The notes below the pieces were generated by a model. The model was not told the DNA's origin and made no database searches. It saw nothing but the letters and a program-made list of their open reading frames with translations. Shown here piece by piece: positions 1-12,880 of a stretch of 64,000 nucleotides of DNA; position 1 is the stretch's first letter, and each line of letters starts with the position of its first letter. Source of the DNA: Lama glama (lineage: Eukaryota). The position numbers were made by a program, and so were the translations under genes. Location: the NCBI GenBank assembly GCA_028534125.1, contig CM052829.1, positions 2,914,001 to 2,978,000 of the forward strand. Direction: 5' to 3'.

Positions 1-1084
1 CTTCTGGTTGCGTGGGCCAGTTGCAGAGCAGCAGGCTTCCAGACTCAGTGGGTGACCACAGATCGCTGCCATGGGCTCTCGTCTGTCTTTTCGTTTTCAG
101 TATTTGACCTTTCCCAGAACAGTCCTGATTCTGAGAGTTTTAAGCTTGTGTAACGAGAGTATCAGAGGCCTGTGTTCATTTGGTTCTAGTGCAGCTTAGG
201 TAATGAGAGCGCGTTACTGTAATGAGCCCTGTTCGCTCCTCAGATGACGTGGAGAGTCCAGCTATGTTGAGGGCCGCAGGCCGGCTGCCAGCCCAGGCCA
301 CTCAGTGCAGAACCAGCAGCGCCTTCTGTCTCGTTCCACTCCTCGCTCCCGGGTTGTGCAATGCTTGTCAGCTTAGCACGTCCACCAGGGCGCCGCGTGC
401 TGCCCTCTCCCACGGCGAGCTAGTTGACCGTAGCAGTCTACTTCTTGCCCTCAAATAGGTTTCCAAAACGTTCCTGAAAATTTCTTTGCGGGGCTTGTGT
501 GTACACGCGTCCCCCAGGCGGCGGCGCTGTCCCATTTCAGCGTGTGGTCACTGGTCTCCAGGCTGAGGAGGGACACTGCTGGCCCCGTGTGCCCGAGATT
601 AGAATCAAGCCCTTAGGGTCGGCTGTGAGGTCCTGACTCAGGCAGAAAGCCCATTGACGTCAGCAACCGGGGAACATGGTCTGGCTTCATTAGAAGTTAA
701 AAGTGGTCACTGTCAGAAGGAAATAGAGAAAGGGCAGGGTGTTTTTAGAAAATTGTGTTTAAAAACTGAACCTGCTCTGCATGGTTTTTGCTTTGCGCTT
801 CATTGCACACAGAGCTCATCCTCAAGCAGATGCTGTCTCAGAGCCTGTTCTGCACTAACCCAACCCTGACTCTGACCTTGAGGTGGCTCTGTCCTTCAGG
901 GGCTCAAACGTTGTTTGCCTCTGGAGGGAAGGATGGATATACTGTAACATGGCTGGGGTGGCCTTGCCTGCCTCCTGCCCTCCCCGCTCGCCGCCCAGGC
1001 TGTAGCACCCAGGGCCAGACTGCCCGAGGTTCCCCCGCATATCTTCTTTATGGCACGAGAGGGTCCTTCCACATGTAGAATTTT

Positions 1085-1345
1085 TCCTCCCTTTGTTTAT
1101 CAAGCAGTCATTCCTCAAGACTCATCTCAAGCCTGGAAGTCTTCCCTAACCCCCACTGCACACACACGCTCAGCATGACGCGTTGACTGTCCTCCCCTTC
1201 AGATACCAACGTGTCTTGTTCCTCCATCTCTTGATATCCTGCCACCACTTACATCTCCCCCTCTCCAGACTGTGACTTCCCTGGTAGCAGAAACCATCCT
1301 ATTTACTTCTGTATCCCCGGCACCCAACACAGAGTAGGAGCATGT
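1085..1345 (+). mobile_element. L2 3' fragment
   Basis: ccctctccagactgtgacttccctggtagcagaaacc...tgtatccccggcacccaacacagagtagg resembles the L2 3' end. Confidence 0.6.
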
Positions 1346-2441
1346 TAGAAACTCCACAGAACAGTTTTTGTGGAATCAGAGTTGGCATAATTCAAGCTGG
1401 GGTTAGCTCAGAGCTGCCAAGTGGGTAGCCTTCACAGAACCTTCCTGAAAAAGCTCAAAAAACAGCAACGTGGCCCATAGTGTTGTTGGTTTTGTGGTTT
1501 TGCCCATGATCAAGAGGACAAAGCAGACACACAGGCAGAAGGCGTGGAGCCCCTGAGACCGAGCTGCGTGGTTTCTCTTAGCAGTGTTGGACACCTGGCT
1601 CTTCTGCAAGCTTTCCTGTTTTCCCAGGAATTCATGCCCAGGCACCTGAAGTCAGGGCCTTTGGTTGGAACAAAATATCCATCCTTCTGTCTGTCTGTAG
1701 AGCCCTGGGATGCTTTGTAACTGATCTGTACAGGCAATGCATTTAACTGAGATACTATTAGCTATGAGGCACGGAAGAATCTGATAATACAAATAGAATG
1801 TCTGCCTTTGTCCTCCTGTTTGTAATCCTGGCAGAATGCAGGTACAGACATAAGTTGAATGTCCTACAGTTTCCCACCAGTGATGCCAGAGAACTTGCTT
1901 AGATAAACCTTTCAAATGTCTCACTTTCTCTCATTGGTACCTACCTATAAAATCATTAACATTACTTTAGCTAAGAGAGAAAAATCATGTATATATTAAA
2001 CTGTACCTTTTTCCTCAGAGGTCTTCCTAAGAGTACACGAAACCTAGTAAGTTGCATAATGTAAATGTTGTTTTGAAAACTGAGATAAGCTGATGATGAA
2101 CTACTTCCTGGGATGGTGTAGTTGGTAAACACTCTCACCACTGGCACTTAGGAGATGGGATTTCATTCCAGTCACAATAAACTCTAAAGATTATCTTTAT
2201 AAAAGTAGGTGTAAAACTGCATAGGATGAACCATGTAATCTGCAATGAAAATTAATTTAAATTCAAATCTGACTTTCTAATTCTTTCTAATCCCCAGTGT
2301 ACGCAATATATTCGGTAATGAATGACATTTTAGTTTTCTTGCCCCTAAATTCTCTACTATTCCGTATGATGTTAGCTGCAGAAGGTAAAGGAAAAGGACA
2401 TGCTAAGTGCTAATGTTGCGAGCCTCTAAGAAAGGTGATGT

Positions 2442-2925
2442 TTTTTAAAAAAAACAGCTTTATTGAGGTGTAATTTGCCTAGCTGAAGCATACAGTTTAG
2501 ATGGTTTGGGATTTATTAACAGATATGTCACCACAGTCGATTTTGGAACATCTTCATCACTTCAGAAAGAAGCCATAGTCCTTTAGCTCTCACTCCCTAA
2601 CCCTGGCCCCATCACCCTCCCACATCCCTAAACAGCCACAAACCTACTGTCTATCTCTGACAGTCGTTCTGTTCTGGACTTTGATACGAATGGGATCACA
2701 TAGTATATGGCCTTTTGTGACTGTCTTCTTTCATTCAGCATAATCTTTTCAAGATTTATCCATGTTGTAGCATAAGTCAGTGCTTCACTTCTTTTTATGG
2801 ACAAATAATAATCTATTTGATGGATGTACCACATTTTGTCTCTGCACTTATTAACTGCCATCAGTTTGGGTTATTTCTACCTTTTGGCTATTGTAAATAA
2901 TGCTGTTGTAAACATTTGTATGCCA
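2442..2925 (-). mobile_element. Old L1 (L1MB/MC-like) 3' end and ORF2 C-terminus
   Basis: Starts tttttaaaaaaaacagctttattgag; the minus-strand ORF KMWYIHQIDYYLSIKRSEALTYATTWINLEKIMLNE is a degraded L1 ORF2 C-terminus. Confidence 0.85.
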
Positions 2926-3315
2926 GTCTGTGCTTTGTTGATTTTCTCTGTTTTTTTTCCAGTTTTCCATTTCATTAATGTCCACTCTGAGCTTTATAGT
3001 TTCTTTCCTTCTGCTTGTTTTAGGGCTAGTTTGCTCCTTTCCAGGATCTTAAGGTAGAAGGGTAGGTTGTTGATTTGAGATCTTTCTGCTTTATTAATAT
3101 AGGCATTTACAGCCATATATTTCCCTCTAAGCACTGCTTTAGCTGTATCCTGTAAGTTTTGATATGTTGTGTATTCATTTTCATTCATTTCAAAGTATTT
3201 TCTGATATCCTTTTTAGTCTCCTTTGACCCATTGGTTGTTTAATAAGAGTGTTGTTTAATTTTCATCTATTTGTGAGTTTTCCAAATTTCTCCATGTTGT
3301 TATTTCTAATTGTGG
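2926..3315 (-). mobile_element. Old L1 ORF2 fragment (post-endonuclease region)
   Basis: [41 protein letters not shown] is a classic L1 ORF2 segment. Confidence 0.9.
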
Positions 3316-3996
3316 CCAGAGAACATACTTTCTTTTTTTTCTCTTATTTTATTTTATTGAGTTATATTTAGTTTACAATGTTGTGTCAATTTCCAGTGTA
3401 GAGCACAATTTTTCGGTTATACATGAACATACGTATATTCATTGTCACATTCTTTTTCACCATGAGCTACCACAGGATCTTGTGTGTGTATCTCTCCATG
3501 CTATACAGTATAATCTTGCTTATCTATTCTATATATACCTGTCAGTATCTACAAATTTTGAACTCGCAGTCTGTCCCTTCCCACCCTTCTCCCCACTGGC
3601 AACCACAAGTTTGTATTCTATGTCTGTGAGTCTGTTTCGGTTCTGTATTTATGTTCATTTGTCTTTTTCTTTTCTTTTCTTTTCTTTTAGATTCCACGTA
3701 TGAGCAATCTCATGGTATTTTTCTTTCTCATTCTGGCTTACTTCACTTAGAATGACATTCTCCAGGGACATCCATGTTGCTGCAAATGACGTTATGTTGT
3801 CATTTTTAATGGCTGAATAGTATATATACATACACATCTTCTTTATCCAGTCATCTGTCGATGGACATTTTGGCTGTCTCCATGTCTTGGCTATTGTAAA
3901 TAGTGCTGCTATGAACATGGGGGTGCAGGTGTCATCCTGAAGTAGGGTTCATTCTGGGTATATGCCCAGGAGTGGGATTCCTGGGTCATATGGTAA

Positions 3997-4251
3997 NNNN
4001 NNNNNNNNNNNNNNNNNNNNNNNNNNNNNNNNNNNNNNNNNNNNNNNNNNNNNNNNNNNNNNNNNNNNNNNNNNNNNNNNNNNNNNNNNNNNNNNNNNNN
4101 NNNNNNNNNNNNNNNNNNNNNNNNNNNNNNNNNNNNNNNNNNNNNNNNNNNNNNNNNNNNNNNNNNNNNNNNNNNNNNNNNNNNNNNNNNNNNNNNNNNN
4201 NNNNNNNNNNNNNNNNNNNNNNNNNNNNNNNNNNNNNNNNNNNNNNNNNNN
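3997..4251. other. Assembly gap (N run)
   Basis: 255 N inside the young L1. Confidence 1.
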
Positions 4252-4360
4252 TCACTGGAGAATTGCTTGTTTAGTTCTTCTGCCCATTTTTGTATTGGGT
4301 TGTTTGTTTTTTTCTTATTAAGTCGTATGAGCTGCTTATATATTCTGGAGACCAAACCTT

Positions 4361-4493
4361 NNNNNNNNNNNNNNNNNNNNNNNNNNNNNNNNNNNNNNNN
4401 NNNNNNNNNNNNNNNNNNNNNNNNNNNNNNNNNNNNNNNNNNNNNNNNNNNNNNNNNNNNNNNNNNNNNNNNNNNNNNNNNNNNNNNNNNNNN
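4361..4493. other. Assembly gap (N run)
   Basis: 133 N inside the young L1. Confidence 1.
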
Positions 4494-5464
4494 TATTGCT
4501 TGGGTAAACTGCCCTAGGAGAACATTTTTGAGATGTATGTGAGATAATGTTTTGCCTATGTTTTCTTCTAGGAGGTTTATTGTATCTTGTTTATGTTTAA
4601 GTTGTTGATCCATTTTGAGTTTATTTTTGTGCATGGTGTAAGGGAGTGTTGTAGCTTCATTGATTTACATGCTTCTGTCCAGTTTTCCCAACACCATTTA
4701 CTGAAGAGACTGTCTTTGTTCCATTATATGTTCTTGCCTCCTTTGTCGAAGATTAGTTGACCAAAAGTTTGTGGGTTCATTTCTGGGCCCTCTGTTGTGT
4801 TCCATTGGTCCATATGTCTGTTTTTGTACTAATACCATGCTGTTTTGATTACTGTAGCTCTGTAGTATTGTCTGGAGTCTGGGAGAGTTATTCGTCCAGC
4901 CTCTTTCTTTTTCTTCAGTAATGCTTTGTCAATTCTAGGTCTTTTGTGATTCTATATAAATTTTATTATGATTTGTTGTAGTTCTGTGAAATATGTTTTG
5001 GGTAATTTGATAGGGATTGCATTCAATATGTAGTTTGCCTTGGACAGTATGACCATTTTAACAATATTTATTCTTCCAATACAGGAGCATGGGATATCTT
5101 TACATTTTTTTAAGTCTTTAATTTCCTTAATCAATGTTTTATAGTTCTCTGTGTATAAGTCTTTCACCTCCTTGATTAGATTTATTCCTAGGTATTTTAT
5201 TGCTTTGAGTGCTATTTTAAAGGGGATTGTTTCTTTTCCTATTGATTCATTGTTAGTGTAAAGAAATGCAACTGATTTTTGTACGTTAATCTTGTAACCT
5301 GTTACCTTGCTGAATTCTTGGATTAGTTCTAGCAGTTTTTGTGTGGACCTTTTAGGGTTTTCTATATATACTATCATGTCATCTGCATATAGTCACAATT
5401 TACCTCTTCTTTTCCAATTTAGATCCCTTTTATTTCTCTCTCTTGCCCAGAGAACATACTTTCT

Positions 5465-8400
5465 ACTATTTTCATCTTTTTAAATTTATTAAGTTTGTTT
5501 TATGGCTTAGCATATTGTCTATCCCGGAGAATGTTCTGTGTGCTCTTGAGAAGAATGTATGTTCTGCTGCTGTTAGCTGAAGTATTCTATAGCTCTAGGC
5601 GGTTTTTAGTGTTATTCATGTCTTCTATTTCTTTGCTTATCTTCTGTTTCATTGTTATATCCATTATTGAAGTTGGGATATTAAGGCCTCTAGTATTGTT
5701 TCTTTCTTCAGTACTTTCAGATTTTGCTTCGTGTATTTTAGTGCTCTGTTGTTATGTGCATATATCTTTGTAATTGTTATATCTTTCTGATGGATTCTCC
5801 TTTTTATCATTATAAAATATCCCTCTTTATTTCTGGTTACATTTTTTTGTTTTGTTTTAAGGTCTATTTTGTCTGATATTAGTCTAGTCACTCCAGCTTT
5901 CCTGTGAGCACTATTTGCCTGATACATCATTTTCATCCTTTTACTTTAAACCTATTTATATCTTTGAATCTAAAGTGTGTCTTCTGTGGACAACAAATAG
6001 TTTTTTTATCCAGACTGACAATCTCTGCCTTTTGACTGGATTATTTAATCCATTTACATTTAATGTTGTTATTAATGTAGTTGGACTTAAGTCTGCCATT
6101 TAACAGTTTTTTTCTATATGTCTCATGTCTCTTTAGTCCCTCTGTTTTTTCTTGAATTCTTCCATTGACATTGCATAATATTTTCTAAGGTATTTCTAAG
6201 ATAGCATTTTAATTTAATTAGTGATTTTTTTCATTCTATTATTTTTTTCTTTCTGATTACAACTCTCACTCTGTCTACTATATTAGGCCACTTCTCACAT
6301 TTATGATTATAAATAGTGTTCCCTCTGTATGGCTCCAGTTCAGGTTGCGTGCTTTCTCCTTAGGTAGTAGCCCTTATGCTGCTGTGCAGTATGGGTGTAA
6401 AAGTAGTTTTCAGTCCTGCTTTCACTTCTGGCTATAAACACAGAGGTAGGACTGCTTAAAGTTTTGGGAAGTTGCCATGTCTTTTTCTGTAGTGGCTGCA
6501 TTGTTTTACATTTCCACCAGCAATAAACAAAGATTCTGATTTCTCCACATCCTTGTCAACACTTCTTATTTTCTATTTGTATTTGGTTTTGATTTTGGCT
6601 TTTGATAATAGTCATCCTAATGGATGTGAATTGGTCACTATATTTTTTAGTTAGTTTTTACTGGTTGCTATAAAGCTTACCATATACATCTTAACTTACC
6701 AAAAACAGCTTCAAATTTATACTAACTTAATTCCAGTGATAATAGAAATGTTACTCCTGTATAGCCTTATTCCATTTCTCCCTTTTGATGGTGTTATTGT
6801 TATACATATTACATTTATTATATTACAAACCCCCAAATATATTCTTATAATTATTACTTTACCATCTGTCATCATTTCCTTAGTAGTTATAGCTTAGCCC
6901 CCACCTACTTCCTTTGTGCTGTTATTGGTAAATACATTATAGTTCTATTGCATTTTTTATGTTATAGGCCTCAAAATATACAATATATATATTATTTTAT
7001 ATAGTTATTTTATACAATTGCTTTTAAGTGAGTTAAGAATAAGGGAAAAAAGCATTTATAGTGTCTTTTATAAATATTTCTACTGGTGTTCTTTACTCGT
7101 GTGGATTAGAATTAGGGTCTTCAGGCTGAGGAATTCTTTTAGTATTTTGCATAAAGCAGTTCTGCTAGCAATAAATTATTTCAGTTTCTGCTTTGAGGAA
7201 ATTCTTTATTTTCCCTTTATTTTTGAAAGACACCTTTGCTGGATATAGAATTCTTTCTTGACAGGTTTTTTTCCTCTTTGAGCACTTTGAATAGGTTGTT
7301 TGGCTGCCTCTGGCCTCCATTGTTTCTTCTGAGAAGTCAGCTTTTAATTTGTTGGGATTCCCTTGAATGTACATCATTTTCCTCTTGCTTTTTTCTAGGT
7401 TTTCTCCTGTCTTTGACATTCTTTATTTTTACTGCAATGTATCTATTTGTGGGTGTTTTTGAGTTCATCCAGTTTGAAGTTCATTGAGCTTCATAGGTGT
7501 ATAGGTTATTTGTTACAGTTTTTCAGTAAATTGGGGGAGCTTCAGCCATTATTTATTTGAATTTCTTTTGCCTTTCCTCTCTATCCTTCTGGTACTTACA
7601 TTATGTGTATGTAGGTATGCTTAATGGTTTCCCACTTTCCTGTGAGGCTCTGTTCATTTTCCCTCATTCTTTTTTTCCTTCTTGTGTAATCTCCATCAAA
7701 CTCTCTTCAAGTTTGCTAATTCTTTCTTCCTCCAGTTCATATTCACTCTCAAGCTCCTCTTGTTGAATTTTTGTTGTACTTTTCAATTCTACAGTTTCCA
7801 CCTGGTTCTTTTTCATAAATTCTCTCTCTTTACTGATACTATTTGATGCAACATTGTCTTTATGACTTTCTTTTCTTCTTTAATCACGGTTTCCTGTAGT
7901 TTTGTGAGCATACGTATAATGGCTGCTTTGACAGCTTCTACTAAATCTGACATCTGGTTGCTTTCACCAGTTGTGTATTTTTTGTTTTCCCTCCCTCTGC
8001 CCCTCTCTGTCCCTTCCCCAGGGTGTGGATCATACCTACATGCCTCATAATTTTTTGTTGGAAACTGGATATTTTGGATAATACATTCTAGCCACTCGGG
8101 GTAGTTGTCCTCCCTCTGCTCAGGGCTTGTTGTATTTGCTTGCCTGTTTGTTTAGTTACTGCTGGGTTATTTTAGTGAAGCCTATTCATACACACACACA
8201 TACACACACACTGCATATACCTCTGATGTCACTCCTTAAGGAGGCACAGCTTCAGATGTGCCCACAGTTATCCTGGGGTGACAGTGGTACTGGTGGGGCT
8301 CTCTGCCTGCTTTCTTGGACTAAACACAGTTGTTTAACTCCACTAATTGCCTTGTTGGCTGATTGTTCAGTTGCTTTCAACAATGCCCTGGGGATAAACT

Positions 8401-9340
8401 GATTTACAAACTAATCCAGTCAAGTCCTGTTTCCTTTGAAAGAAAGGTCATGTTTGATATTCTAACCCTAAGAGGGCCCCCACGAGCTATCTTATTCCCT
8501 GGTTCTTTCTAGCAAGCTAGCCAGTCTACAGCCTAAGCTGTCTCTTCCTTACAACCACAGATCTCTTCCCAGTTGCCTTTCGCCATAACCTCCACTGTTC
8601 TTGAGAGTGCCCTCAGGCTTAAACTTCCCTGGGCTCCATTGCAAGTGAAGTCAGTTCCTATGGGAAGAGATAGGAGCAGTCTGTTCCACAGCCAGCTTCT
8701 CCCTCCAGGCAAAATCTCTGAACTAGGGCTGGCGCTGAGTGGGGACGGTGGCTACCTTCTGCTCTAGGGGCTGAGTGCTTGTGGGGGAGGAAGGGCAGGC
8801 CGCAGTCTGGGGTCCTCTTAGCTTGCCTTTCCTGGCCTGCAACCAGCACCTCACAGCTGGGGAAGGGTGATGGGGTCCAGTGGTCTCCACGTGCCCTCTC
8901 AACAGAGCTCCCGTTGCATGAGTGGAGTCTGCGCTGAAGGAGGAAGCCCTGCCTCTCTACTGCACTCGCCTGGGACTTTGCCTTCGCCCCGGGAGCTGGG
9001 GGAGGGTAAGAAGCATTAAAGTCAGCCCTCTGGTGTCCGGGGAGGAAGCTCTGGCTGGGAGCTGGGGAGAGGGAGCTGCATGTCTGGCTGCAGCTGTGCA
9101 GAGTGGGGTCTCCACCTCGCTGAGCCGGGAGGGGGAACGAAGACGTCATCTCAGCTCAGATGTCACAAGCCCTCACAGTTCTTAACGTATTTCTGTAGAT
9201 TTTCTTGAACAGATGCTTCTCCGTTTGCTGCGTGCTCTTCAGATCCTTTGCCGAGGCTTCGGTATGGTTTTCCCACACTTTTCAGCTGTTTCACTGGGGA
9301 AGGAGCCCACAGCGCTCTTCACGTTGCCATGTGGAAAGTC
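5465..9340 (-). mobile_element. Old L1M 5' half: ORF2 endonuclease, ORF1 and 5'UTR, with a further L1 3' fragment at about 6280-6640
   Basis: Endonuclease remnant YQANSAHRKAGVTRLISDKIDLK...KEGYFIMIK...IYAHNNRA (5664-5936); ORF1 remnant KLKADFSEETMEAR...RILYPAKVSFKNKGKIKNF (7165-7419); GC-richer 5'UTR-like stretch to about 9340 (end approximate). Confidence 0.8.
8187..8211. repeat. (CA)n microsatellite, imperfect
   Basis: catacacacacacatacacacacac. Confidence 0.8.
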
Positions 9341-12190
9341 AGTCTCTAAATGATCCGCTCTTAATATGATGCACATTGTTTGTCTCACGGGAAGAAACCT
9401 TCATTGATGTCTCTGTATAGAAACGTTGTTCGCTCAGGGGAGAATGTATGGCAGAAATGGGGCTGTAAAATAAGAATTTTCCAATGAGAGATTTACTCCT
9501 AGGGAGGAAAAAATCCCATAACTGATTGAATGGAAGGCCGTGGCAAGTACAGGGGAAAGCTGCCAACTTGTTAAAATTCTGTTTTGAGGGAGTTAACATT
9601 CTCCGTGAGAAGGTTTTTGTTTCGCTACAGAGCCTGACTTTGTTCTGATTTCTCATCTCTTCTTTGCCACCAGCATTCCCTTCTCATCCATCTTTTGTCC
9701 CAGATAGTTAAAACCAAACGACACAAAACCTTACTGGGTGGTATTTTGACTCAGAGAAGCTTCTAGCTGAGCAGGCACTTAGAGATGGTGGAGTGCAGTC
9801 TCCTTTCTTCTAAGTGAGGAAATGCCGTTGGCGCAGGAAAGCGGCTGGCCCCGTGGCCCGGAGTCCCGCAGGCACAGAGCTCCGTCTCTCAGCCCCGCCC
9901 CGCCGCTCTCTGCTCCACGCGCGGCAGTTACAGGACACTGTAGGGGTAGAGTTGAAGAGCAATGAATTCTAACCTCTAGTACATGACTCAACAGTTTGTT
10001 TATGCATCCGACTGCCAATCCATGTGACAGCAAATTACCCCTGACTTTTTCCAATTTCTGCTCTGACCCCTTCTTTCCCAATATGCTACTGGAGGTAGGC
10101 TTCCTCACGCTGTTTGCAGCTACTACAGTTAAACATGGTGCAGAGTGACCTGAAAATTAATTATAAGGGTGAGGGTCATGTTAAAAAAAAATTTAAAGGA
10201 TTCCCTAATTCTCTGATTTTGTAAGTTTATCTCTGTAGCTAACTTACAATGAGGCACACCTGTGCCCTGCCCCAAAGGCAGAAAGTCTGTTGTATGATAG
10301 CCACCTTTCCTTTTGCTGTCACCTTCACAGTGCCTTGAATTATGCCCACATTATCTAATATTGTTGCACACAGATGTTGTGTGATTTTGTGAGATGTTTC
10401 AACTTGTATTCATCAAAAGGAAAATGTTCACTTTCAATTAGACTTATGAAATTCAGAATACATTTTAGAAAAATAAAATAACAAGTTGATTTCATTTAAC
10501 TGTATTAGCAGGGAAAAGAACTTTTATGGGCATTATGGAAACAGCAGGCATTCTTTGAAATTGCTCAGCTAGGCCCTGTGAATGTATTATTTTACCTTCT
10601 TGACTGAAGTTAATTGGCCCCACCAAAAAATTAACCCCTTAGATGAATTTGGTTGGTGCCAAGATATGGAAAATACAAGGCTGTCCTTTCAGATTGATGA
10701 GACTTGATCAAACAAATCAGATTCTTAAAACCAATACTGAGTGACTTACAGTACTTACAGGTTTTTAAATAATAGTGAAAAGAGAAACCATGGTAGTAAT
10801 GTGGAGTATAATCTTGCCTGCTACTCATTCTAAAAAAGTCACTGCGGTTTTAAACATTTCCCCCAGCGTATGATTTCACACAATATTCTCCCAAATGAGA
10901 ATCTGAACTGACCCTTGGATAGAGATCCACAGTGAAACTTGACTCACGAAACCAGTGTTCGCAAGCCCCTGATTCAGATTCAACACTTAGAACAAATTAG
11001 AGGACATATGGTTTTTTTAAATTAAAATGTGACACCTAGAACTGATACATCTTTTAAAAGATGCTATCTAGACCAAGTCTGTCCTCTGTGACATTAACGA
11101 GAGGCCCAGGTTTCCTGCAGAAGAGAAACACATTGCAGGCGGGGCTCTGCGGCGCGGCTCCTGTGGGTTCAGCTGGAACTTGGAAGTAAAACACAATTGC
11201 TCCACTTCTTGTAGTAGACAACACTTTTTATTCTATTAGAAAATGAAAGAAAGATTGAAACAAGATGATCAAAAATGCCTAGATAATTTCTAAATACAAA
11301 TTTTCTCCTAAATGCAGAATCTGTTTAAGGTTAGCAGTGTAAGTTTGTTTACTATCTGTGTTACTTCCAAGAAAGTGCTTTCTGGACTAAGGGTTAAAGA
11401 GAAGTACTTCTCCACATGTTTGACTCCTGGTGTTTTAGCCATAAAACAGATCAAAAGACCCGCAGAAGACAGAGGGCAGATGCTGTGACTGTGGTCGGGG
11501 GACAGACAGGGTTCCTGGGCCAGTGACCCAGAAGCCTGAGCCCAGCCTTACCCAAGGGAGCAGAAGTTTTTTTAATGGCCAGATTATCATGATATGGGCA
11601 TGCCAGAGCCTAAGCTTGGATCTTATCCTCGTTCTGGGCTACCTGGAAGAGGCGGGAATGTCTTTAGCTTTTCGTAGCACAACAGTCTGCTACGAAGTTA
11701 TGCCCCAAAATACAAGCTAAACCCTTTGTCCCACCTGCTTTCAGCATAACTGAGGGGTGGGATATAAGAACGGAGCTGGTACCCTCCCAGCACCAAGCTC
11801 CTTTACAACCTCTCAACACCCTGTGCGGCTGGGCTGTATGTCATCTCTCTGTAAAGGCACACAAATCTGTGGTTGGGGCTGGAATGAACGTGTGTCTCCC
11901 TGCATCTGAATCCCCCTCAGTTTCACAGCTCATCGCCTTCCTGACTTTGGCATAAGTGGCGTCCAGTGACCAGAGCACTACACTGGTCTAGGAACCAGAT
12001 CTATATTCAAGGATTAGTCCTGCCACTAATTAGGTACTTTCAAAAATCACATCTTTTAACTTAAAATTACTGAGCAAAGGGGACCTATTCAAGGGATGAC
12101 TCACTGTCAGGACTCCAAGGGCTGACGTAAGCTGCCTGCCTCCCAGTTCATTTGCTGTGCGTTCAAAACGTGTGACAGCTATAATTAAAA

Positions 12191-12880
12191 TCCATTAATT
12201 CCACAAATAAGTAATGAGTGCTTGTTTTGAAAATGCAAGATAAGATGGTAAACAGGACCAACTCAGAGTTTATAGCCCCGTAGGAGGCAGGATGAAGAGC
12301 CAAGAGCTGGGATCCCCTGGGGAGTTGGGCTAGGAAGACCCCCTACTGGGACTCCTGACGGAGGCTGGGATGCTCAGGGGAGGCCCCCTGAGGACACCTG
12401 GGCTGCGACGTGAGCCGGAGTTGGCTGGCTAAGAATGGGCGTGAAGGAAAGGAGACTTGAGGAAGAGCTTGTGCAAATGTGTGGGAGGCATGGCGGGTGA
12501 GCACTCAGGGAGCTGGAAGCAGTTCTGTGCCCCCTGGCACCTGCAGGGGGTGGGAGATGAGGCTGGAAGGCACTGGGAAGACCCTACAGCTACGCCAAGT
12601 CTGGACCTGCCCCCAAGAACCAAGGGGGTGGCCAAATAGGCTCGCCATTTCTGGGGCTCGCACCAGCTTGATGAAGGAGACAAACCAAGGAGGCCGGGCT
12701 GCAGGCGGGGAGGCCGGGCACCAGGCAGGCTGGGCGCCGGCCATCTGTGCAAACGCCTGACGTGAGAGCTGTGGAGGAACATGCAAGGTCACTGGCTGGG
12801 CAGCCCGGAGCCAGAGGCTGTTCATTTTCTGTTGGGGTGGGACCTTGTGAAAGGAGGTTTTAGGATCATGTCAAAAACCT
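12191..12880 (-). mobile_element. Degraded L2 fragment
   Basis: tccattaattccacaaataagtaatgagtgc tail followed by purine-rich L2-like body (caggggaggccccctgaggac..., gaagagcttgtgcaaatgtgtgggaggc). Confidence 0.5.

Larger units (their letters stand above)
3334..5446 (-). mobile_element. Younger 5'-truncated L1 nested in an older L1, with 18-bp TSD
   Basis: ORF2 peptides ([35 protein letters not shown]; MFIAALFTIAKTWRQPKCPSTDDWIKK), T-rich tail at 3334, identical flanking CCAGAGAACATACTTTCT at 3316-3333 and 5447-5464. Confidence 0.93.

Noticed and set aside
3909-4634. ORFs spanning the N runs
   Set aside because: Artefacts of assembly gaps within L1 ORF2.
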